57,578 bases of DNA from assembly GCF_006345805.1 (NCBI RefSeq), contig NW_021835049.1, forward strand, positions 1 to 57,578, written 5' to 3'. This document shows, one piece after another, positions 25,657 to 38,249 of the stretch. The stretch's first letter is position 1. Each line of letters starts with the position of its first letter. The DNA is from Octopus sinensis (Eukaryota). The translations under genes were made by a program, and so were the position numbers. The notes under the pieces were generated by a model. That model searched no databases and was not told the DNA's origin. It saw nothing but the letters and a program-made list of their open reading frames with translations.

Positions 25657-26149
25657 AAAGTATACACGAAGGGAAAAGCCACCAAGTGATTTTCGAACAC
25701 GCTTGAAATGGGAATTAAATCCCAAACCACGAAATAAAAAAAAATTAAAAATCAATTCGTATTCTAGCACGTTGAATATAGGCGAGCAAGACATTTTGAC
25801 AGAATTCAGAAAGGAAATGATTGGTCATTCTCTCAAATTGTCCTCCCCACCTACATTCAACGTGCTTAGATAAGAATTAGTTTATTTTGTTTTTGTTTTT
25901 GTCGTGGTGTAGAATTTAACTCCTATTCCCAGCGTGTTAGGAAACCACTTGGTGGTTTTTCTCTGCGTGTATAATTGTTATACACACATATAATGTAATA
26001 ATACTTACAATCTACGAACATTTTTACTTACGCTGGTCAATGGTAAAAAATTAATATTTAATCTGACCCTATATTTTAGATCTATACACAAACAACACCC
26101 TCAAACACACACACACACACAGCACACACACACACACACACACACTATA

Positions 26150-26213
<64 letters not shown>

Positions 26214-26513
26214 GTGTGTGTTCCGTTAACCCCTACACATTTTTTCTCTGTCCGTTTTGTGTTTTACTCTCAAACCTTCCTGTCGAAGAGCTTAGGCTCG
26301 AAACGTCAAGACTTTTCTCTTCTTCATAAGCGTTAAGCTAATACACCTGTATGTTATTCTAACATATTCCTTCGTCGTTTCTTTCCTATAAATTTGAATT
26401 ATGGATGCATATCTCCATCCATCTATGCATCCATCATTCATCCATCCATCCATTCGTCCATCCATCAATCCATCCATCCATCCATCACATACATACATAC
26501 ATACATACATACA

Positions 26514-26545
<32 letters not shown>

Positions 26546-26849
26546 AACATATTTATGAGTGTATAATTTTTTTCTGGCGGCAGGAATTCATGGCGTTGTG
26601 CTTATGTGTAGATATTCATAATAATATTCGTTATTCTGCAACTTTGGATAGATGCATACATACGCACTAACGCATACTAAACGACGTGCAAACGCGTGCG
26701 CTCACTCACACACACAGAAAAAAACACACATACATACACACACACACGCATACAAATCCATCCACGTATGGAAACATTTGAACAAATAGAGAATCATTTA
26801 TATGTGTGTATGTACGTATTTACGTAGTGCAATTACTTATTCATACATA

Positions 26850-27342
26850 CATACATATACATATATATATATATATGTATATATATATGCATGTATATTG
26901 ATATATATTATTATATATTATATAAATAGAATATATATTATATTATTGTATATATTTGTACATATATAAAATGTATATTACGTGAATATACAGCGCATAT
27001 ATATATAAGTTATATATGTATATTCTATTCTATATAATGTATATATATGTGTGTGTGAGCGTGTATATGTATACATATATATATATACATAGATATACAC
27101 ACACACACATATAGACATATATATATATATATAAACACACACATATATATACATTATTAATATATAGCTATTTATATATATATACATTTATATATATAGT
27201 GTATATGTATATGTGCATAAGTATATAAGTATATATATATATATACATATATATATACATACATATTTATATATATATATATATACACACATTCAATTAT
27301 ATATTAATAATACATATACATACATACATACATATATATATA

Positions 27343-27388
<46 letters not shown>

Positions 27389-27410
27389 ATATATAATATA
27401 TGCATACATA
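26850..27410. repeat. Degenerate (TA)n/(CA)n field
   Basis: Read directly. Confidence 0.9.
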
Positions 27411-27930
27411 CATACGTGCGCACACTCACATATATTCATACAAGCACAAACAAACATAATAACCAAAAGACTCTTCTTCTCGCTAAGGTCAGACCAGCTC
27501 TTACATCCATATATTTTCGCCCCGGGCTAACCGACAAGATAAAAATATTCATGATTTATATATACGGCAGAAAATTGCATGATTTAAGAGCTGCTCTCTG
27601 CAGATCCGAATCGATTGCCAGTGATGTTAGCAAGTGTTTCGAAAATTCGGATAATGATATTGAATCTTGTGGCTAGGTCTCAGGTGCAATAATTATTTCT
27701 TTATCGAAAACAATTATTTATGTAGTTTGAATTCCTCCAAGACACCAGTGGTTGTATTTCCTTCTAACCTTCTGTCACAATCTCTGTCTTTCTGCTGCTG
27801 CTGCTGCTGCTGTTGTTGTTGTTGTTGTTGTTTTGATTGTCGTCGTCGTTGTTGTTGTTGTGTGTGTGTGTGTATATGTGTGTGTGTTTGTGTGTATGTA
27901 TTTTTTCTCTTAATATCTCTCTTTTCTCTT

Positions 27931-27968
<38 letters not shown>

Positions 27969-28194
27969 CTCTCAAAGCAATATATGTATATATATATATA
28001 TATATATACATGTATACTCACACACCAGATAGATACACACTCATACTATCTATATGCATGTAGAGAGAGGGTGAGAGAGAGGAGAGGGCGAGAGAAACAG
28101 ATATATATATATTATATATATATATACAAGCAATTGTTAATACATAAATTCATACGTGTCTGAGTGTATACGTTTATACATATATATATATGTA

Positions 28195-28252
<58 letters not shown>

Positions 28253-28940
28253 AGTGTGTGTGTGCTTATATCTATGCACAGACATATATATAGAGGGATA
28301 CGTGCAATCTTTTATGCAAAATTCCTCTGTGTGTGTTTGTATATAGTTACATACATACGCACACACATATATACACATATGCATATATATATGTATGTAC
28401 GTATGTATGTTTGTATTTATACAGAGAGAGAGACAGACACGAGGTTGGAAAACTACACCAGATCTAGGTTAAAATATACATTGCTCGTCGTTAAAGATGC
28501 TTCAACCATCTCATTTGCATAGCATTCTTCATTTCATGCTACAACAAAATGTTGGATATTTACAATTTCCTTTACCCTATGAGATATACCTAAAGTTAAA
28601 TCGGTTTGATCGTTAATAACCTGGCAACGGTGTAACCAACTAATCTTTTTTATATAATCTATTCTTTTATCTAATTCTCTTTCGAAGAAGCTGAGTCACA
28701 CCACTTTTTTGCATTCACTGATGAAACCTCTCGGGCGAAACAATATATATTTTGTTGGACTCACATTTTTGTGTTATAGAAAGCTTAATTCCCGGTATTT
28801 TTTGTTTCAGGTCTTATTCTCTGTGGCTTGACTATTATTGGTCGACCCTGCCACTTCCATGAATATTAAATACACACGCACGCACACTCACGCGCACACA
28901 CACGCGCACGCGCGATCGCAGTCTCTGTGTGTGTGTGTGT

Positions 28941-29214
28941 GGAGGCGCAATGGCCCAGTGGTTAGGGCAGCGGACTCGTGGTCATAAGTGTTTATTGAAC
29001 GAAAATACCTAAAGCTCCACGATGCTCCGGCATGGGTGGGGGTGATCTCTGCTGTACTCTTTCGCCACAACTTTCTCTCACTCTTTCTTCTGTTGGCCTG
29101 CTCGCTTAGTCAGCGGGGTGGGGTGGGGGTATCATTTGGAGGCTAAATCAATGCAAAGCGCATTGTGACCAGGGATGTGTAGCAACATCTGACAGTCTGG
29201 TCGGTCACGGTGAT
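28941..29214 (+). mobile_element. SINE family B (ggaggcgcaatggcccagtggttagggcagc head), B-box region deleted
   Basis: Colinear with 34306-34598 apart from a ~30-bp deletion in the head. Confidence 0.88.
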
Positions 29215-29629
29215 GTATATATATATATATGTTTCGATGCCAGCTGTTGATATAAGGGTGTGGTTTATATGGAACAGTAAATCTTGAAGTATATAATGCT
29301 ATACGTATTAATATGAACATATTGAGTTGAAAAGTCCCTTTGGGTCAATAAAGGATTTCGTTTACACAATGCTAACAAGTAAAGATAGGTAAATGGGAAG
29401 AAGAGGGTGACGGCAATGGAATTCTCAGCGACGATGACAATGATGACGACGTCGACGCTGTTCTCAACGGGAATCATATCACCTCTTCGTAGATGTAAGT
29501 ACAAACGAAATTGTGAAGATTGTCGGAATTCCCAGAGAATCCTAAGACACCTGAAGGGGCTTCCTAAGGGGCCACGCTCAAATTAGATTTACGAATGAGT
29601 TATTTAGATAATTCCTTTGCCAATTTAAT

Positions 29630-30020
29630 GGTATACCTGGACGTTATCAAAGAAGCTTGAGAGGCGGTTGGATGGAACCTACACTCGCCTCCTTATGAGA
29701 GCTCAAAATCTCTCGTGGAAGCGCCATCCAACCAAAATGCAAATAGATGGGAACTACCACCTTGTCATCTCTTGTGAAAGGTAGAGAAGTCCAGTTTGCT
29801 GGACATTGTTGTAGAGCTGAAAAAGAGGTAATTTCTACTCTTCTCCTCTGGAAGCCATCTACTCGCAATACCAGAGGGCGCACACTCTCCTACCCTGATG
29901 TAATCTCCGGGGATACAGGCATCCAGCAACAGGACCTCCGTAATGCCATGATGGACCGTGAAGTCTGGCGTAGCATGGTAAATTCCATTGTCTCGACCAC
30001 GGTCGAACAATGATGATGAT
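29630..30020 (+). mobile_element. RTE-like LINE 3' end, 5'-truncated, little diverged, with (TGA)n tail
   Basis: TWTLSKKLERRLDGTYTRLLMRAQNLSWKRHPTK, then QFAGHCCRAEKEVISTLLLWKPS...YPDVISGDTG...DREVWRSMVNSIVSTTVEQ*, followed by tgatgatgat. One frameshift near 29745. Confidence 0.85.
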
Positions 30021-30613
30021 TAATGGTATAAATGAAGAATATACAGCTCATTAAATCATACCTAGTAAAACATAAAATTTATGGAAACAAGGTATAAAGT
30101 AAGGTGATAGAGAAATATGATGGTAAATTATTGTTGATGCCTGACATAAGTACAAAAGAAACGGTATGGCGTCTTTTGGCACAGTCGTTTTGGCGCTGCC
30201 TGTTTGGCGTTGCTAATTTGTCGTTGACTTATTTGACATCACATGTTTTATTGTTTCACTTGTTTTTATACTGCTCTCGTTCTCTCTCTCCCTCTTTCTT
30301 TCTCTTTGTTTTTCTGTCTCTCTCTCTCACTCACTCTCTCTCCCTCTTTCTCTCTCTTGCTCTCTCTCTCTTTCTCTCTTTCACTCCCTTGCTCTCTCTC
30401 TTTCTATCTGTATATTTCTACACGTATGTGTGTCTGTATGTTTTCTTCCAGTGCCAAAAAGTACTGTCGCCAAAACAGGTTCTGCGTCTAGCCAGGCGTC
30501 CAAATTACCAGCGACCAAAAATCTACGCTCTGTCATCGCTGAATTGTACACGAGAGACAACATATTTATACTAACCATTGTATCGTAGAATCACAAATTT
30601 TGTTGTCTTAATT

Positions 30614-30795
30614 GGTGCATGCGTAGCTGTGTGGTTAAACACCGCGCTTTGTAAACACGTAGTTTCTGGTTCCGTTCCATCGTGTGGCACATTCGGCAAA
30701 TGTTTTTCTTCTACTATTAAACCGAGCCGAACAATGCCTTCTGAATAAATTTGATAGTCGGAAACTGTTGGAGTCCCATTGTATATAAGTTTGTA

Positions 30796-30837
<42 letters not shown>

Positions 30838-31013
30838 TTTTGACTATTTGTATTTGTTTGTTTACGCTTGCGTAACCTAGCGTTTCTTCAAAAGATTTCT
30901 TAGAATTAATACCAGGGTACGATTTCTTTTTTTTTTTTCGATCTGTCAAAACGGTAACCAGGCATGGCTGCATTCCAATGACTGAAACAAGTAAAAGATA
31001 AGAGATAAGATAA
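30614..31013 (+). mobile_element. SINE family A, old copy
   Basis: gcgtagctgtgtggtt...tgactgaaacaagtaaaagataag. Confidence 0.8.
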
Positions 31014-31536
31014 AAACTACAATATACATCTACAATTTGAAACAGCGTTTCTAAAAGAAATATTTAAAAAAAATGAAAAAACAGTACAGAAAAAGAAAAC
31101 TTGGCTAGATGCGCGAACTTTAAAAGGAGATCTGAAATCAGCGCACAAACGTCATGTAAGTTGGACATCGTTCATAAAGAGATATCTGTTTCTTTGTCTC
31201 TTTGTTTTGTTTTGTTTTTTGGTTTTTTGAAAATACAGTACAGTGTTTTCTTTCAGCATATACTTGCAGACATAGATTCATAGATAGATGTTTATACATA
31301 TGCATTTGTTTATATATTATATATATTTTTAATAGAAGGAGCTTCTACAGGACTAGAACTGTTGTCATTCAAGAGAAATCTTCAGTGAAGATTTCTCTTG
31401 AATGAAACAGTTCTAGTCCTGTAGAAGCTCCTTCTATATAATAAATTAATTTTACTCTACTATGTATTGAGTACCTTATTTACTGTGGTTAACCCGAATC
31501 AACCCGGGACTACATATATAATATATATATATAATA

Positions 31537-31568
<32 letters not shown>

Positions 31569-31682
31569 TACAAACATGCATACATATAGATGCGTGCGTA
31601 TGAGTGTGTGCGTGTGACTGTGTACATATATATATATACACATGTGTATGTATGCATATCTGTATCTATCTATCTACGTCTA

Positions 31683-31729
<47 letters not shown>

Positions 31730-32127
31730 ATATATATATATATATATATTCACATATATGCATGTATGTATTTATGTATATTGATATATATATTCACATA
31801 TATGCATGTATGCATGTATGTATTTATGTATATTGATATATATATATATATATATCAATATACATAAATGCTAGTTCTAAAATCTCTCTTAGAGAACAAC
31901 GCAGTTGTTGTACTGACAAGGAATATTCGTGGCCACTTTAACATGGCTGTCCGTTCGAGCGGACTCTACTGCAATTGTTAACCCCAAGAAGACATCTCCT
32001 CTAGCTGGTTAATGATGCACAGCTACATCCACTAATATTACGAGCAGGGAAGCGAACCCCTAACATCTCCCAGCGACGAGACCAGTAGACCAGTCTTGGT
32101 TTCGAGCTATTTCTGATATATATATAT

Positions 32128-32164
<37 letters not shown>

Positions 32165-32165
<1 letters not shown>

Positions 32166-32555
32166 CTAGCAGTATCGCTCGGTGTTGCTCGGGTTTGTAA
32201 GGGAAATAACTATAAAGCATTTTTAGAGAGTTATTGCCAAAAAATAGCAAAAAATGCCTTAAAAATGGAAAAAATATGATGGTAATTTTTTTTAAATCGT
32301 TGACTCATCGAAGACATTTTTGAGAGTTAACATCCCTTATATTTATAAAATATGCATAAAATGGAAAAAGATGATGGTATATTATTTTAAAATCGTAGAC
32401 TCATCGTAGACGCGCGCTAATACACAGAAGGGCTCGATATGAATCACGACTATAAGATACCCGGTTTTTTTTAAACTGCACCGCAAAATGTGGGAGTAGT
32501 TAGGAATCTAAATCGGAGTAGACAGACACACAACCTTACTTTTATATATAAAGAT
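32165..32555 (+). mobile_element. Non-autonomous Helitron-like element (ACTAG...tatataaagat termini) in a (TA)n tract
   Basis: Starts actagcagtatcgctcggtgttgctcggg (subterminal hairpin) and ends acagacacacaaccttacttttatatataaagat. Contains two internal ~110-bp diverged subrepeats (aaaatggaaaaa..atgatggta...aaatcgt.gactcatcg). Confidence 0.55.
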
Positions 32556-32569
32556 ATATTTACTTACAT

Positions 32570-32939
32570 AATGCTGTTCCTTAACCGCAAGGTTAGTCCC
32601 TCTGCGTGGCACCTTGGGCAAGTGTCTTTTAATTGGGCAACTGCCACGGACCCACCAATGCCTTGTGAGTGGATTTTATTGATAGAAACCGAAAGAAGCC
32701 GAAAGAAGCCTATCTTATTATATATATCCATATTTCTCTGTTTTCTTGTGTCTGTATTTGTCCACTACCATTACTTGATAACCAGTGTTTGTGCGTCTAC
32801 GTTCCCGTAACATAGCGCTTCAGCAAAACAGACCGAGAGAATAAGTACCAGGATTAAAAAAAAAGTACAAGGGTCGATGCGGTCGATAAACATTCTTCAA
32901 GGCGGTTTCTCAGCATGGTCGGAGTCTAATTATTGAAAG

Positions 32940-32940
<1 letters not shown>
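32570..32940 (+). mobile_element. SINE family A, old copy
   Basis: ctgcgtggcaccttgggcaagtgtc...ccaatgccttgtgagtggattt...cagcatggtc. Confidence 0.8.
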
Positions 32941-32986
<46 letters not shown>

Positions 32987-33091
32987 ACACACATAAGTAT
33001 ACACACTAAGACACACACGTGCATATATGTATATATATGTGTATGTATATATATATATACATACATATACATACATACATACATACATACA

Positions 33092-33109
<18 letters not shown>

Positions 33110-33123
<14 letters not shown>

Positions 33124-33276
33124 AACACACACATCCACATGTGTATGAGGGGATGTTTATATCTATGTGGGTTTGCATACCTTTGCATATATGCACCAAT
33201 CTCTTTCATAAATATTTATCCACGAATATAGATTTACATACACGAATTTACGTAAATACACGCATACATACAAACA

Positions 33277-33308
<32 letters not shown>

Positions 33309-33465
33309 AACACACACATCCACATGTGTATGAGGGGATGTTTATATTTATGTGGGTTTGCATACCTTTGCATATATGCGCCAATCTCTTTCATAAATAT
33401 TTATCCACGAATATAGATTTACATACACGAATTTACGTAAATACACGCATACATACAAACATAAA
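33110..33465 (+). repeat. Tandem duplication, 185-bp period, 2 copies
   Basis: catccacatgtgtatgagggg at 33132 and 33317, with only a few substitutions. Confidence 0.95.
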
Positions 33466-33758
33466 CACAGATATCTATGATGTGCTTCTCTCTTTCTCTC
33501 TTTCTCTCTCCTTGCCCCTTTCTCAACACTCACCTTCTTTCTTTCCTTCTTTCCTTCTTTCATTCTTTCTTTCTTGCTTTCTTTCTTTTTCTATTCTCTC
33601 CGTTTCTCGTGTAACAAAGCGTAATCTCAGCCTTATAATAAATGTTTACGCTTTATTTCTGTATTAAGTGTTTCGTTTCTGTCATTTGTTTACTCAAACA
33701 CAAACCCACACTCATACATGGACACGCTCACATACACACGTGCACACACACACACACA

Positions 33759-33817
<59 letters not shown>

Positions 33818-34257
33818 TCCTACATTCACAAGCGCATTCATCGCCATACGTGGCTTCGTACAAGTTCCAATGTTTTAAAATGGTCTGACAAGCAGATAAA
33901 CCACCGAAGGTATCTCCCCTTCCACCACCACCACCACCACCACCTCCACCACCACCACCTCCACCACCACCACCACTAAGTCACCAAACGCAATAGATCA
34001 TTAATTAAGTTAATTAAACAATAGAATCCAACATACATAACAGAGTGCAAAGCTATAAATTCTTCTACTAATCTTCCACAGTTTATTCCACGCACAACTA
34101 TTGTATATGAGAAAGTCCTCAACAGTTTACACATTTTACGATGCTATTTCTTCGCACTCAGAGACAATCAGTATTTTCAGATAAACACACATCGCGATGT
34201 AAATATATGAGTGATGTGTATGTGTATGTGTGTACCTATGTCTATATATATACATAC

Positions 34258-34305
<48 letters not shown>

Positions 34306-34307
<2 letters not shown>

Positions 34308-34598
34308 AGGCGCAATGGCCCAGTGGTTAGGGCAGCGGACTCGCGGTAGTAGGATCGCAGTTTCGATTCCCAGACCGGGCGTTGTGAGTGTTTATTGAGC
34401 GAAAACACCTAAAAGCTCCACGGGGCTCCGGCAGGGGGTGGTGGTGATCCCTGCTGTATTCTTTCGCCACAACTTTCTCTCACTCTTTCTTCTGCTGGCC
34501 TGCTCGCTTAGCCAGCGGGGTGGCGTCATTTGAAGGCTAATGGGAAGCGCATTGTGACCAGTGATGCGTAGCAACATCTGATAGCCTGGTCGGTCACG
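34306..34598 (+). mobile_element. SINE family B, full length
   Basis: tRNA-like A box tggcccagtgg and B box gtttcgattccc. Tail ends ggtcggtcacg. Confidence 0.9.
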
Positions 34599-34790
34599 TA
34601 AATGTGCGTATGTACCCGTTTGTTTAGATTAATTCTTAAGATATTGTTCCACACTTAACACGCACTACCCACGAGAATGCGCGTACAGAGAATGGTGTGT
34701 GTATCATTTGTGTATCTATCTACACTCTTTCACTACATATATGTGTGTGTGTGCGTGTGTGTGTGTGTGTGTGTTCGTATATGTATGCAT

Positions 34791-35208
34791 ACTCTCTTTT
34801 ACTCTTTTACTTGTTTCAGTCATTTTGACTGTGGTCATGCTGGAGCACCGCCTTTAGTCGAGCAAATCGACCCCAGGTTTATTCTTTGTACGCCTGGTAC
34901 TTGTTCTTTTGCCGAACCGCTAAGTTACGCGGACGTAAACATACCATTATCGTTTGTCAAGCGATGCTGGGGGGGGAAACACAGGCATACAAACGTATAC
35001 ACACACACACCTATATATATATATGTATATATACATAAACACGACGGGCTTCTTTCAGTTTCCATCTACCAAATTCTCTCACAAGAAAGGCTTTGGTCGA
35101 CCCGAGGCTATAGTAGAAGACACTTGCCCAAGGTGCCAGGCAGTGGGACTGAACCCGGAACCCTGTGGTTGATAACCAAGCTACCTACCACAAAGCCACT
35201 CCTACGCC
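34791..35208 (-). mobile_element. SINE family A, full length
   Basis: Reverse complement of the family A consensus. Source of ORF 34677-35237. Confidence 0.9.
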
Positions 35209-35395
35209 TATACATGTATGTATGTATGTATGTATGAATGTATGTATGTATGTATGTGTGAATTTATGTACGTAATAACGGTATGACTTGGCTCCATATC
35301 TTTATTAAAATGCATAAATAGCTCCTGACAAATGTGTTGAGTTTCACTTTATTTTTTCTCACCTCACGCATGTGTATATATGTGTGTGTGTGTGT

Positions 35396-35430
<35 letters not shown>

Positions 35431-35596
35431 TATTATATATATATATAAATAAATCGTCAAATTTTGCCCGATTATCTTATATGCATGTGTTTGCGTGCTT
35501 TTGTGTATATATATGTATGTATGTATAATATATATATATACACATATATATACACAAACGCACGCACATACTTACATACATATACACAAACACATA

Positions 35597-36412
35597 CATA
35601 TAAGATAATCGGGCAAAATTTGACGATTTATTTATAGCTCTTTTTGTCAGTAACAGCTTGATGTATTAATAAACAATCAGCGGAGTTGAGGAGCATAAAG
35701 ATTTGGCTTATAGCTGTGAAATAGCTTGGCAGGTATAGACGAGTGGAATCCAGCTAGAAATTGGAAAAGAGTTACCTGTTCCATGATGATTCAAGTCGGG
35801 TGTCAAAGTGCCGATTTCATAACAACTGCTCAATGGTTTGAATTGTGCATAGGCTATAAGATATGATATGGACAACTGCAACGGAAGATACGAAACCGTG
35901 GCCAGCAGGAACTCTGATGGATTTTGGATGTGTCTCTAGTAAGGCTGACGTCATACCGCTCCACAACTTTGAACAGGACCTTAGACAGAATTCAGACGGC
36001 TATGTGAAGCTTCAGGAGATTGTGCTGAAAACCTTACTATAGAGAGTTACTAGTGGAAGGTCATATGTGTGGAAGCAGGATTTGGCTCCTTTACATACCT
36101 TCGGAAAAGACGGAAGTGCTTGTTGGAGAGTTTCTGCTATTTCACCAACCCCAATTTCTGGTTTCCTAATGTCCCCAAGATGGCCAAGATGAAGGTGTTG
36201 TTCGAGGATCTTCCCAAGGATACATGCGTCAGGTTCCGGAGCTATATTGAGGCTGTGGTGGAAGCTGAGGGCGGATAGTTTGAATAAACGTCATCTCTCA
36301 ACCATAATCTAGATATAATATATATATATATTAAATGAGTTTATTTTAAAATTTGATATTGTATTTTCTTTTCTGTTCATGCAAGGTATCAAATTTAGCC
36401 CGAACACCCTGC
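35597..36412 (+). mobile_element. Internally deleted Tc1/mariner (maT/DD37D-like) DNA transposon
   Basis: FGCVSSKADVIPLHNFEQDLRQNSDGYVKL...SGRSYVWKQDLAP (35920-36090), NPNFWFPN, then RFRSYIEAVVEAEGG*FE*. The right terminus aaatttagcccgaacaccctg (~36390-36411) is inverted-similar to the left tcgggcaaaattt (~35609-35621). Confidence 0.82.
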
Positions 36413-36584
36413 ACAACGCGCACGGACGTGCATACACTTACACACACACACGTACATTCACTTATATACACGCTGCATATGCATATATATAGAGAGAGTG
36501 ATAGATAGATAGATATAAGTGTGTGCTTATATATATATACACGCACACCACACACACACACACAACACACACACACACACACAT

Positions 36585-36618
<34 letters not shown>

Positions 36619-37269
36619 GCACACACATCTTAACGATACTAGACACTGACATCATAAGAAACTATCCAAAGCATGAAATATCCGAAAATAAAAAAAAGTT
36701 TGTTTATATTTTTCCATAGATATAACAAAATTTTGTTTCCATACTTACGATATATGATAAAGATTTCGGATACAGGCACAGCACTTTAAATGTGTGTGTC
36801 GAGATGTTGCTGATTATATTGATACTAGTAAGAAATATATATATATACTTTTGTTCATCGAAGCTAAAAATGCTGAAAAAACATATGAATATTGTCAGCA
36901 GATCAGTCTTTTTAGAATGCCACAAACGCTTTTATTGGCTTAAATGATATTCTTTTGCTCTTTAAATTGTTTTTGGATTTTCACATTCAGCAAAATACCA
37001 TATGTTTCTTGTCGAATCTTGGCATCTGTATTACAATGTGTAACAACATTTTCATTTTTTAATTCTTATTTCTTTCTTATTTATTTATTTGTTTTGTCTT
37101 TGGACAGTAAGTTTTATTTCCTATTTGCTTCTATCTAGAAATCAAAGGAGGTGACTACTATTCTCTTCAGACTTTGCTTTTGTGGCCTGGACATCAATAT
37201 TTTGGAACTGGTCTATTTTTTCATTACATTTCAGACTGATTCAGCACTGAACTGCTGAAGTGGAAATAC

Positions 37270-37445
37270 CATTAAAGCCAATATTCTGCTCAGCACAACA
37301 GATTTGCTTGTCAGTTGCTTGACCTTAACCAGTTGACCATGTCCGTTAGTAGCAGAGAGTATGTGTATCTCTAATCAAGAGCAGGAATAGTAAGGGAGTA
37401 TAATAGCCATGTTTTGCAAGGGTTTCTTTGGGGATTTGAATAAAT
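37270..37445. mobile_element. Old partial copy of the same repeat
   Basis: aatattctgctcagcacaacagatttgcttgtcagttgcttgaccttaaccagttgaccatgtcc matches 42955-43020. Confidence 0.8.
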
Positions 37446-37659
37446 ATAACAAAAGCCAATTTAAAGGAAATATTAACCCTTTTTCATATATTCTAGGGAT
37501 AAGCAAATAGAAAATAACAGTTCCAGCCCAAGGACGAAAATCGTGTTACGCAGTGTTATTCATCTTAGTGTTTAGTCTGTACCAATTTTAGCATATGTGG
37601 CCGGATGAAACACAAAGTTAATCTCGGTGGAATTCGAACTTATAACCAAGGTACCATCA

Positions 37660-37905
37660 TCATCAGCCCCCTTCATATTATTTTGGACGGGTTATTTGGT
37701 TTCCATGGCGTATAAATGGGCGAGGTTACAACACTACCAACTGAACGGGACGCTTCTCCGTTGCAACGTTATTGATTTAGAGTTGGATGGATTGAACCAA
37801 CGGGATATGAAATGCTTTCCTGAAAAACAAAACGTACCACACGGAGCGGGAACCGAAACCGCTATCCTGATTGCAACATCCTAACCACTGGGCCATGCGT
37901 TTTCA
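37660..37905 (-). mobile_element. SINE family D, old copy with V-like tail
   Basis: gggaaccgaaacc...cctaaccactgggccatgcg head and gaacgggacgcttctccgttgca tail trace. Confidence 0.6.
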
Positions 37906-38249
37906 CTATATCTAACTAAATAACAGCGTTTTCTTTTAAATCAAGCAAATTCAATGGAACTGAGAAAATTGCATGATCACAAATAAGAGAGTCACAGAAT
38001 TAATATACTAGTAAAAAAATGAAAAAAATTTCCAAACAAGATTAATGGAATGAGATTAATGGTGTAAATATTGAGAGGGGGCAGGATTAGTATGAGATTC
38101 GATGGTTTGTCAGAAGTCACAGATTCACATACACGTACTCACACACACACACACACACACACAGACGCAAAAGTATATATGTATAGAGACATACATACAC
38201 ATACAAATATGCACAACATATGTATATATATATTTATATATATATATAT

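Noticed and set aside
29385-29500. Acidic peptide GKWEEEGDGNGILSDDDNDDD before a GTAAGT donor
   Set aside because: An in-frame stop precedes the donor, the acceptor is poor, and the content is degenerate GAY repeat.
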